NCBI GenBank assembly: GCA_016209325.1
Contig: JACQWJ010000036.1
Coordinates: 1 to 51,529, forward strand
Origin: Candidatus Uhrbacteria bacterium
GTDB taxonomy: Bacteria > Patescibacteriota > Patescibacteriia > UBA9934 > GWF2-40-263
Reading direction: 5' to 3'
DNA length: 51,529 nucleotides
Shown here: positions 1 to 6,990 of the stretch, piece by piece
Numbering within the stretch: the first letter of the stretch is position 1
Layout of the letters: every line of letters begins with the position of its first letter
Position numbers and translations under genes: made by a program
The notes under the pieces: model-generated
What the model was told of the DNA's origin: nothing
What the model saw: the letters and a program-made list of their open reading frames with translations, nothing else
The model's database searches: none

Positions 1-93
1 ATCAAAGTATCGGATGAAGCACTCGCTGCCGTGAAGCTTGAACGGGACGCTTTTCACGGGGAGTGGAACTACAGAATTTATCCTGAAACTTGA
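1..93 (+). mobile_element. C-terminal end of ISAzo13-family (Rhodopirellula-type DDE) transposase, truncated by window edge; probable right end of element at ~94-120
   Basis: Frame 1 reads IKVSDEALAAVKLERDAFHGEWNYRIYPET*; FHGEWNY is the characteristic C-terminal motif of this family. Confidence 0.8.
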
Positions 94-170
94 TTAAGTT
101 GTTTTGTTACTGTGCCTAAGGGCTAAGACAGGGCGAGCCGTCCTCCGGATTGAGCCAAATGATAATCGGG

Positions 171-941
171 TTAGAGCACCGACTCCAAGATGACGGGATA
201 CCGCTCACCACCTGCCACCACTTTTTCCAGAAACAGGCGGAGGATGCGGGAGGCGTCGGGGCTCGGGCGGAGCGCCGCGCGGAAGGCATCCTGGGTCTCC
301 TTGGGAATGCCGTAGTTCTTGCCGTAGTAGTCGATGCGGAACATCATGCCGTCCTCGTCCATTTCGGGATGGATGATCATGGCGTACAGGGGCTCGCCGG
401 GAAACGTGTAGGCCTGGATGGGGCTCCGTTCGCTTGAGACGAGATGCACCGCCCCCGCAGGCATGACTTCCAAATGGTCCTTGTGCCCGAGCTGGGCGTC
501 GAACCGGTCGGGAAGCTGTGAGAAGATCGGGCACGCGGCGGCGGCAGGCGTCTTTGAGACGAGAAACGTACCCGTCTCCTGACGCTCCAGATCATGCTTC
601 AATTCCCCACCGAGGGCGAGTGTCACGAACTGGGCACCGAAGCAGACGCCGAGCGTAGGCAGCCCGCGGCGGCGGGCTTCACGGATGAGGGTCTTTACCT
701 TCTCCGCGACCTCGGGAATGTGGCCCTGGGTCAACAGGTAATCCCCACTGCCGCCAAGCATGAGCGCATCAACGCCGTCCAACAAGGAGAAATCCAAATC
801 CGCCTCAAGGGCGTTCACAGCCCTGATTTGATCCAAGCGCATGCCGGCATGCGCGGCAAAACCTTCGACTTCGTGTTCGCACACAAGGGGATCGGGACGA
901 AATTGGAGGAGGAGGATGCGGAGGGTATCTGTAGAAGGCAT
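171..941 (-). CDS. Class I glutamine amidotransferase-like protein (GATase1 / possible gamma-glutamyl hydrolase)
   Basis: GGSG oxyanion motif, nucleophile elbow GVCFGAQ, HPE catalytic His-Glu; 256 aa, no synthase domain. Confidence 0.88.
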   Translation of the reverse strand: MPSTDTLRILLLQFRPDPLVCEHEVEGFAAHAGMRLDQIRAVNALEADLDFSLLDGVDALMLGGSGDYLLTQGHIPEVAEKVKTLIREARRRGLPTLGVCFGAQFVTLALGGELKHDLERQETGTFLVSKTPAAAACPIFSQLPDRFDAQLGHKDHLEVMPAGAVHLVSSERSPIQAYTFPGEPLYAMIIHPEMDEDGMMFRIDYYGKNYGIPKETQDAFRAALRPSPDASRILRLFLEKVVAGGERYPVILESVL

Positions 942-1002
942 AATGTTCGGTATTCAAGCTACGGCATCATACACAGGCGTTTTTGAGAAAACAAGACTCT
1001 CA

Positions 1003-1036
1003 AAAAAAGAAAAAAGACCCAGGAGTGCTGGATCTT
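1003..1036 (-). terminator. Intrinsic terminator after ATP-grasp paralogue 1
   Basis: Minus strand AAGATCCAG-cactc-CTGGGTCTT followed by TTTTCTTTTTTT. Confidence 0.75.
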
Positions 1037-1052
1037 CGAAGAAAAAAGAACG

Positions 1053-2411
1053 TTATGAGGCGGGAGCCTCCAGTCGATGAAGAGCGGCCCAGAGGAGCTC
1101 CTCGGCTCGTGCGATGTTACTCGCGATGGCGACGAGGATGCATCCCGGTGCGTCCAGTGACAAAGCGCCGGGCTTAACGAGCAGAATCCCCTCCGTGCTA
1201 TTTGGTCCGAACACGATATCGCCATACCCGTCCGGGTGATCCGCAAGAACCCGCACGACGTCCCGCCAGTGTCGAGCCGTCGCGGGGTGGCAGGCATGCA
1301 TCACCACGCAGGGATGGGGAACCCTGCCGGAGTCAGCAACTTGAGAACGCACGCTTGCGGCGTACGTTCCCGCCGTCTTGCGCACGTTTGCCTCCAAAAA
1401 ACAGACGTGGAAGGAAGATCGACCGTCAAACGTGACGATCACGTCGAACCCGACATACCCGACGCATTGGGCCTGCCAGAGGTGTTGCGCGAACTCCTCG
1501 CTCTGTCGCCAAACCTCCTCCACGATCCGCCCCCGAACTTCTTCCGGCCAATGCGCGGGAAGAGCGTCCCATTCGTCGGTGCAGACCGCGTTGCCTTGGT
1601 GTTCCCCGGCGACTGTATACTGCTTGGAAAAGAAGATCCGCTCCATCGCATTCGGAGCCAACGGAACGTAAAGCTGACAGGAAGCCACACAGACCTCTTC
1701 TCCTTCGTCGCCCACGTGGGCTTCGATAATGAGACGACGCTCCCCGAGGAACTGTTGAAGGTATGTATCGATGACCTGTCGGAGAGTATCACGGGAGATG
1801 AGGAGGGTCCCGATCCCCGACTCCATGTCGGGCCTTTTGAGCCAGACCTTGGGGTAGCGTTCCAGGAGATCACGCAGGTGCCGACGCACCTCCTCCTCCG
1901 TCATCCCGAAGCGGTGCTCCGGGAAGCAGTGACTGAGACCGAGCGCGCCCGCTTCGATACGGAAGTATTCCTTGTCGTCGAAACGCTGTGCGATTTGGTA
2001 CCAGTCATCATACGTTGGAGTTCTCAGCTTGTGCCTGGGAGGGTCGATTATCCTGATGCAATCCTTCCAGGCCAAGCTGGCACCCGTAAATGTCTCGAAC
2101 GTCGCCCCATTTGCGAGCTGGGAACGAAGCCATGCACATTCTGCCGGATCATTTACGATCGCGTCGAGGATTGAACAATCCCGCGCATCTACGACCCGAA
2201 GTCCCCTTACGCCGATTCCGCTCGGAAGCAGGTGTTCCTGATGGTACTCACGCAGACTCGCGGCGTTATCATCCGAACCATCCACGTAAGCGATGGTGTC
2301 TTTACCTTCTAGCAAGGTACGTTGGGCATACACCGCGACTCCTGGAATGTGCCCCTTAAGCACGTGTTGATAATGAAAGAGACAATCGGCAACGATGCGA
2401 GCTCCAAACAT
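1053..2411 (-). CDS. ATP-grasp superfamily ligase, paralogue 1 (pre-ATP-grasp/PGM1-like by inference)
   Basis: FDDKEYFR, WLKRPDMESGIG, GYVGFD, LEANVRKTAGTY (ExNxR) motifs; GGAGG SD upstream of ATG. Confidence 0.8.
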   Translation of the reverse strand: MFGARIVADCLFHYQHVLKGHIPGVAVYAQRTLLEGKDTIAYVDGSDDNAASLREYHQEHLLPSGIGVRGLRVVDARDCSILDAIVNDPAECAWLRSQLANGATFETFTGASLAWKDCIRIIDPPRHKLRTPTYDDWYQIAQRFDDKEYFRIEAGALGLSHCFPEHRFGMTEEEVRRHLRDLLERYPKVWLKRPDMESGIGTLLISRDTLRQVIDTYLQQFLGERRLIIEAHVGDEGEEVCVASCQLYVPLAPNAMERIFFSKQYTVAGEHQGNAVCTDEWDALPAHWPEEVRGRIVEEVWRQSEEFAQHLWQAQCVGYVGFDVIVTFDGRSSFHVCFLEANVRKTAGTYAASVRSQVADSGRVPHPCVVMHACHPATARHWRDVVRVLADHPDGYGDIVFGPNSTEGILLVKPGALSLDAPGCILVAIASNIARAEELLWAALHRLEAPAS

Positions 2412-2532
2412 GACAGCCTCCGGTTGTGGCGTGGGTGATATGTTCGATTGGACGAGAACGGTCGGTCCTCCCGGATTGGAGGACCGGGAACGGCGCGAAG
2501 GATTCGCGCGATTCCTGGGTGTCCAAGGGTCG

Positions 2533-2570
2533 GAAGAAAAATGAAAGCCGCCGGTTTTTACCGGCGGCTT
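2533..2570 (-). terminator. Attenuator terminator in leader of ATP-grasp 1
   Basis: AAGCCGCCGGT-aaaa-ACCGGCGGCTT perfect stem followed by TCATTTTTCTT. Confidence 0.8.
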
Positions 2571-2599
2571 GATCTGTGGGGCTTGTGACGCGAGGCGTG

Positions 2600-2683
2600 C
2601 TACAAACGACCAAATCTTACCACCGGGAGGTCCAGTAGGCTAAGAAGGCCGAGAAGGTTGTTTGAACGAAAGTCGCGGTGCAT
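2600..2683 (-). CDS. Leu-rich leader peptide MHRDFRSNNLLGLLSLLDLPVVRFGRL (27 aa)
   Basis: ATG..TAG read directly; 8 Leu codons, 7 of them in codons 10-19; lies between promoter and terminator. Confidence 0.75.
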   Translation of the reverse strand: MHRDFRSNNLLGLLSLLDLPVVRFGRL

Positions 2684-2692
2684 ATCGATTCG

Positions 2693-2721
2693 AGCGTAGC
2701 AAACCGCATGGAAAAGGTCAA
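2693..2721 (-). promoter_or_regulatory. Sigma70 promoter for leader/ATP-grasp 1
   Basis: TTGACC-17 nt-TACGCT with extended -10 TG. Confidence 0.75.
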
Positions 2722-2743
2722 ACGACGCAATTTGGATAAAAAT

Positions 2744-2771
2744 GAAAAAAGACCCAGAAAGACTGGATCTT
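2744..2771 (-). terminator. Intrinsic terminator after ATP-grasp paralogue 2
   Basis: AAGATCCAG-tcttt-CTGGGTCTT-TTTTT; same stem as the terminator at 1003-1036. Confidence 0.75.
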
Positions 2772-2794
2772 GAAGTCGAAAAAAGGACGTGGCG

Positions 2795-4171
2795 TCAGCA
2801 GCCTGCCTCGAGGCGAGCGGCGGCGGCGTTCATGAGTCGTTCGGCCTCTTCCGGAGTGGAAGCAACCGACATGACGATGCACTTGGGATGACCCTGCTTC
2901 CGAAGAAGCCTCGGATTCAGGACAAGGACGCCGCGATGTTCTCGATTCATCGCCAGGTCCCCAAACCCGTCTCGATCGCTCTCGGAACCCAAAAGACTGA
3001 CCGCCTTCTCCCAGTGATCGATTCCGGAATGTGGATGACAGTTCCTCATGGCGACGCAGGGCTTCAGCGTATGACCGAACTGTTGCACCTGCCAGCGGAC
3101 GCTTTCCGGATACGTCCCGGCGGTTTTGCGCGCGTTGGCCTCTAACAGAAAGAACTGGAACGAGAGACCATCGGAATTCAGTGCCGTGATAAAATCAAAC
3201 CCGATATGCCCGACGTACCCACGCTCCTGTGCGTCTCTGACGAACGTCTCGGTGGTGTGCCATGCCGTCTGGGTGATTGCCTGGCGGGTGGAGTAGTCCC
3301 ATGTCGCGGGAAACGCGTCCGCCTCGTCATGCGGAATCATATTCCCCTGGTGAATCGTGCCGTCGCAGTACTGGCGGCTCAAAAAGCGCCGTTGGGGTTT
3401 CTTGCCGGGCGGAGGAACATACCATTGGACCGAACCGACCGCCTTTTCCTCGCCGTCGATCCACCGCTCAACGATGAGATTTCGCGATCCTTGGGCGTAC
3501 TTGCGAAGGAAGGGAAGAAGACCGGCCCAGGAACGAGTGTCGTGCAGGACATGGAATCCCACGCCGCTTTCCAGGTCAGGCCTCTTGACCACAATTCGGG
3601 GATGACGGAGGCGGAGACGGAGGCAGTCCCAGATAGTTCCCTGAATTCCATGGGAAAAGGTATGCGCAGGAAAGACGTCGCTCCTGCCGATCTGACGGGA
3701 CAGACGACGAAATCCCTCCTTGTCATGCAGTGTTTTGGCCACATCCCACGGCGCCGTACGGATACGTTCCGAAGGAATCTGGAGTTCGGCAAGAAGACGC
3801 CCCCATCCTGGAGAAGCTCCGGTAAACGTCTCAAGAGTGGCGTCCAGGTCGAAAAAAAGTTCTCTGTACAGACGATCACGATGCTCGGGATCGGAGAGAA
3901 TCCCGTCGAAGAGGTTTCCGGACCCCTCGACGAATCTGAGCTCTTTGGCGCCCAGGCCGAACGCCCGCAGATACCGGTGATGGTCACTCATGTATTGAAG
4001 ATGAGGACCTCCCTGAAGGTAGACTGCGCCGTAAGGCAGAACTTCTGCCCGATCGGGATACAGCTCGATCCCGTCAATCTCCCCAATATGGAGGCCGTCC
4101 GCATTGGGGGTCGTGAAAACACTCATGTCGTCGATGGCCCTTCTGTGAAGGGTGGGGAATACGTTTCGCAT
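2795..4171 (-). CDS. ATP-grasp superfamily ligase, paralogue 2 (458 aa from MRNVF)
   Basis: LHDKEGFR, VVKRPDLESGVG, GHIGFD, LEANARKTAGTY; ETFTGAS shared with paralogue 1; start chosen by GGAGAG SD at 4176-4181. Confidence 0.8.
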   Translation of the reverse strand: MRNVFPTLHRRAIDDMSVFTTPNADGLHIGEIDGIELYPDRAEVLPYGAVYLQGGPHLQYMSDHHRYLRAFGLGAKELRFVEGSGNLFDGILSDPEHRDRLYRELFFDLDATLETFTGASPGWGRLLAELQIPSERIRTAPWDVAKTLHDKEGFRRLSRQIGRSDVFPAHTFSHGIQGTIWDCLRLRLRHPRIVVKRPDLESGVGFHVLHDTRSWAGLLPFLRKYAQGSRNLIVERWIDGEEKAVGSVQWYVPPPGKKPQRRFLSRQYCDGTIHQGNMIPHDEADAFPATWDYSTRQAITQTAWHTTETFVRDAQERGYVGHIGFDFITALNSDGLSFQFFLLEANARKTAGTYPESVRWQVQQFGHTLKPCVAMRNCHPHSGIDHWEKAVSLLGSESDRDGFGDLAMNREHRGVLVLNPRLLRKQGHPKCIVMSVASTPEEAERLMNAAAARLEAGC

Positions 4172-4280
4172 CTTACTCTCCGAGTGGGGGTGAAACGAAT
4201 CACGTGGACAGGAAGGCGACTCCAACAGGTGAAGCCGCCTTCCGTCCCCGCGAAAATGGACCAGCAATGAAAGGAACGGA

Positions 4281-4315
4281 TCGAAAGAGCCGTCGGACCA
4301 GGGTCCGGCGGCTCT
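4281..4315 (-). terminator. Attenuator terminator in leader of ATP-grasp 2
   Basis: AGAGCCGCCGGAC-cctg-GTCCGACGGCTCT (one mismatch), then TTCGAT; weak U-tract. Confidence 0.6.
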
Positions 4316-4338
4316 CGTTGTATCTGCGCTTATGAGCA

Positions 4339-4449
4339 CTAGAACATCGTCGAGGCCACCGGAGTGCCAAGAATGACAAGCATAATGACGATCATGTCGA
4401 CATTACGGCTCACCAGCTTCTTGTGCATTCCAGTGGTTGCGGAGAACAT
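4339..4449 (-). CDS. Ile/Val/Met/Leu-rich leader peptide MFSATTGMHKKLVSRNVDMIVIMLVILGTPVASTMF (36 aa; alternative start at 4428)
   Basis: Read directly; contiguous run MIVIMLVIL resembles ilv-type attenuator peptides; located between promoter and terminator. Confidence 0.7.
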   Translation of the reverse strand: MFSATTGMHKKLVSRNVDMIVIMLVILGTPVASTMF

Positions 4450-4461
4450 AGTGCTATTTAA

Positions 4462-4490
4462 AACGTAACATGGGGTATGTGGAGCGTCAA
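4462..4490 (-). promoter_or_regulatory. Sigma70 promoter for leader/ATP-grasp 2
   Basis: TTGACG-17 nt-TACGTT with extended -10 TG. Confidence 0.75.
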
Positions 4491-4536
4491 GAATCGACGG
4501 GGAAAAGGGGAAGCAAGAGGTGTAAGGGGCGTAGGG

Positions 4537-4620
4537 GGACGGTTGGGGATTCAAATGTCGAATCTGGCATGCCTACTGGCAGGCAGGCGAATAGGCGAAT
4601 GTGGGTTGGGTGGGACAAGG
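4537..4620. repeat. Degenerate copy of intergenic repeat family (GGCGAATAGGCGAATGTGG core) with nested GCCTACTGGCAGGCAGG palindrome
   Basis: Core identical to copies at ~5242 and ~6906. Confidence 0.65.
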
Positions 4621-4679
4621 GGTAAGATCCTTCCCGAGGCGGTCAGGATGGTGGATTGCTTTGGGTTGTAAAAAGGATG

Positions 4680-4904
4680 TTAGGAAAGATGAACTTGCAG
4701 GACTTCCAAAGACACTCCGATGTCATCCAGGATACCTCGAAGGGTACCAAGAGGGATTTCTTTTGAGTGCATCGGAATGACGGCCATACGGCCGTCGGTG
4801 TGGCGGTAAATCGCATGGCTTCCGCGTTGCCTGACCAATGCAAAACCGAGACACTGAAGCGCGGATGCCAGCTGTCTCGGCTTGATGAGCGGTGGCTTAG
4901 GCAC
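4680..4904 (-). CDS. hicA: HicA-family mRNA interferase toxin
   Basis: GF..RQRGSHAIYRH.DGR...IPMH.KEIPLGTLRGIL motif; GTG start overlaps hicB stop; 74 aa. Confidence 0.9.
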   Translation of the reverse strand: MPKPPLIKPRQLASALQCLGFALVRQRGSHAIYRHTDGRMAVIPMHSKEIPLGTLRGILDDIGVSLEVLQVHLS

Positions 4905-5151
4905 GCTTCTTTGCGGGGACGCGGGGCCGTTCCATGGATACGGTGTGGAACGTCTCGAAGCTTTCGTCACGGGGGATGGCGTCCCCCCGGTCGTTCAAGA
5001 CTTCCAAGTAGAGCTCCATGGCTTCCTGGACATGGACGCGCGCCTGCGTAATGGTCTTGCCAACGGTATGGCAACCAGGCAGGGCTGGGACGTAGGCATG
5101 AAAGTGCTTGCCGTCCGGCTCGATGATAACGCGGTAGGTGTATTGATTCAT
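4897..5151 (-). CDS. hicB: HicB-family antitoxin (short form)
   Basis: YRVIIEPD..FHAYVPALPGCHTVGKTITQARVHVQEAMELYLE; 84 aa from MNQY. Confidence 0.9.
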   Translation of the reverse strand: MNQYTYRVIIEPDGKHFHAYVPALPGCHTVGKTITQARVHVQEAMELYLEVLNDRGDAIPRDESFETFHTVSMERPRVPAKKRA

Positions 5152-5211
5152 AAAAAATACTGGAATGCAAGTAAAACGTATCACACCCACGAGCCTATTA
5201 AAAGGACGCGT

Positions 5212-5369
5212 GAGCGATTGGGGGTCCGAATGGCGAATCGTGGCGAATAGGCGAATGTGGGTTGGGTGGTTGGATTTTGTTGTAGAGAGGGGTAACCCCT
5301 CCTTAGTCCTCCCCTCAGGCGAGGGGAGGAAATACGATTCCAGATTCGTCATTTGCTTCCAGGCAGTTT
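5212..5369. repeat. MITE/REP-like repeat copy
   Basis: GAGCGATTGGGGGTCCGAA end, GGCGAATAGGCGAATGTGG core, CCCCTCCTTAGTCCTCCCCTC..GAGGGGAGG hairpin, CCAGGCAGTTT end. Confidence 0.75.
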
Positions 5370-5374
5370 TTGGG

Positions 5375-5404
5375 AAAAAGAAAAAGAGGGTGGAAGACAC
5401 CCTC
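5375..5404 (-). terminator. Intrinsic terminator after ATP-grasp paralogue 3
   Basis: GAGGGTG-tcttc-CACCCTC-TTTTTCTTTTT overlapping the stop codon. Confidence 0.7.
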
Positions 5405-6602
5405 AGGAGAGTCGGAGCTTGCGCTCCTCGACTCGTGAGACGAGATCGAGAAGCTTGGTTGTGGTCGGGGCGATGGCCACCCCGTAGGAGAAGCCCCTGC
5501 CCGGAGCCGTCTCGACCTTGGGAAGGAAGCAGAAGGGGACGAACCCCCAGCCTTCCCCGCGACGGAACAGGAGGTCGCGGAAGTGGCCTTCGAGGTCGTG
5601 GATCGTCGCGCCGGTCGGCACGGCGAAGCTCCGCATGTCGAAAGCGAAGCGAGCACTTTTTCCGCCGTACCAGGTCTGCAGCGCTTCGAGGGCGTAGGAG
5701 GCGGCGGTCCACCTCGCGTTGACTTCGAGAGCCCAGACGAGCGACTTGAAGAGATCACAGAGGAAATCGACGGAACCTCTGCCGAAATATCCAATATCCT
5801 TCAGGCGAACGACAATCCGTCGCGTGATCTCCCGCATCTTGAGTCGGAGACGGATCGGGAGTTCCGGAGCGCCGTCCAGTCCGACTCCTGCGGGACGCCA
5901 GTTCCCGCAGTGCGTTTTATGGTCTTTAACATGTTGGCGCGTAACGGGACCGATCGCGACCCGGCCGTTCTGGTCGATCGAGAACTGGACACTCGCGTCG
6001 ACCAACGCGTCTCCCCCGATGTCCGTCTGAACAACGTAGGAGTCTGGCGGAAGGTCCAGTATGGGATCTCCCGGTTGGAGAACCCATTGATATAGACCAC
6101 TCGCGGAGTCGGCCGCCTTGATCCGAGGAACCCCTCCCTTCTCACGGATGCGCGCCACGGCGGCCGGAACATCGTCCCGAGTCTGGCACACGATTCCGTA
6201 AGGGAGGCAGTTGTCCGGATCGTTACCGAAGGCCTTCTGAAAGAAAACCTTGCTGTTTACCATGAGCGAAAACTCCCGCACGGGGCAACGCAATCGACAA
6301 CTGACACCGGCAGCATCTCGATGAAGGGACACGGACGTTCCGGAAAACGGATCGATTTCCCTTCCCTCGAGACCCGTCAAGCTGTTCCGCACGTTCGCGA
6401 CGGGCGTAGGCCCGATGCCCAAGCGATTCAGAAGGAGCACTTCGTCCTGAACAGAACCCTGCGGTTCTTCCACGACGACGATGTCGTTAGCGTCCGCGCA
6501 CAAGAGCGCGCGGCGATCGAATTGACTAAGAAGCTCAAGGCTGAACGCCGTGTGACGGATAACATCTTTCGTTCTGTGACAGTAGACACGTTGTCGACTC
6601 AT
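5403..6602 (-). CDS. ATP-grasp superfamily ligase, paralogue 3 (more divergent)
   Basis: VNSKVFFQ, RIKAADSASGLY, SVQF, GRGSVDF, LEVNARWTAASY; GGAGG SD. Confidence 0.78.
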   Translation of the reverse strand: MSRQRVYCHRTKDVIRHTAFSLELLSQFDRRALLCADANDIVVVEEPQGSVQDEVLLLNRLGIGPTPVANVRNSLTGLEGREIDPFSGTSVSLHRDAAGVSCRLRCPVREFSLMVNSKVFFQKAFGNDPDNCLPYGIVCQTRDDVPAAVARIREKGGVPRIKAADSASGLYQWVLQPGDPILDLPPDSYVVQTDIGGDALVDASVQFSIDQNGRVAIGPVTRQHVKDHKTHCGNWRPAGVGLDGAPELPIRLRLKMREITRRIVVRLKDIGYFGRGSVDFLCDLFKSLVWALEVNARWTAASYALEALQTWYGGKSARFAFDMRSFAVPTGATIHDLEGHFRDLLFRRGEGWGFVPFCFLPKVETAPGRGFSYGVAIAPTTTKLLDLVSRVEERKLRLS

Positions 6603-6686
6603 CGGAAACCTCCCCGATTATTGGGTTGTAGGGAAATGTTTGTCTCGTCTCAGAGATGTGGGAGCAAAACTCGCCACACCTCACTC

Positions 6687-6726
6687 AAAAAGACAAAACC
6701 AAACGGCCGCCCTTCCGGGCGGCCGT
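6687..6726 (-). terminator. Attenuator terminator in leader of ATP-grasp 3
   Basis: ACGGCCGCCC-GGAA-GGGCGGCCGT perfect 10-bp stem then TTGGTTTTGTCTTTTT. Confidence 0.82.
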
Positions 6727-6754
6727 GCTTTGCTTGCGTATTCCTTACGCCTGC

Positions 6755-6826
6755 TCAACGACGAAACCACCCGGCTTGGGGAAAGCCGAAGGTAAACAGG
6801 GGAAAGATGAAATTCTGCGTCGTCAT
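6755..6826 (-). CDS. Phe-rich leader peptide MTTQNFIFPLFTFGFPQAGWFRR (23 aa)
   Basis: Read directly; 6 Phe codons (5 in codons 6-15), pheL-like; lies between promoter and terminator. Confidence 0.78.
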   Translation of the reverse strand: MTTQNFIFPLFTFGFPQAGWFRR

Positions 6827-6839
6827 ACGAGCAGGGGTG

Positions 6840-6867
6840 AGCGTAGCATGTTGGCTGAAACTGTCAA
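6840..6867 (-). promoter_or_regulatory. Sigma70 promoter for leader/ATP-grasp 3
   Basis: TTGACA-16 nt-TACGCT with extended -10 TG. Confidence 0.72.
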
Positions 6868-6872
6868 TCGTT

Positions 6873-6985
6873 GAGAGCGATTGGGGGGCCGAAAAACGAA
6901 TCATGGCGAATAGGCGAATGTGGATTGGGGTGGTTGGGAAGGTGTGACCCCTCCTTAGTTCTCCCCTCGGGGGAGGGGAGGAAAA
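6873..6985. repeat. MITE/REP-like repeat copy
   Basis: GAGAGCGATTGGGGGG end, GGCGAATAGGCGAATGTGG core, CCCCTCCTTAGTTCTCCCCTC..GAGGGGAGG hairpin; matches 5212-5332. Confidence 0.75.
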
Positions 6986-6990
6986 CAACT

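Noticed and set aside
4172..4339. 56-aa N-terminal extension of ATP-grasp 2 in the ORF track
   Set aside because: It runs through the attenuator hairpin; SD and paralogue length support the start at 4171.
2600..6826. Leader peptides as graspetide/RiPP precursors
   Set aside because: No shared leader motif or Thr/Ser/Lys-Asp/Glu core pattern, and conservation is at the RNA level; a PGM1-style peptide-nucleophile role cannot be fully excluded.
2533..6867. T-box riboswitches in the ATP-grasp leaders (GGTGG motif before a terminator)
   Set aside because: No UGGNACC bulge or room for stem I; the GGTGG is explained by direct pairing with the terminator arm and lies inside an ORF with control codons.
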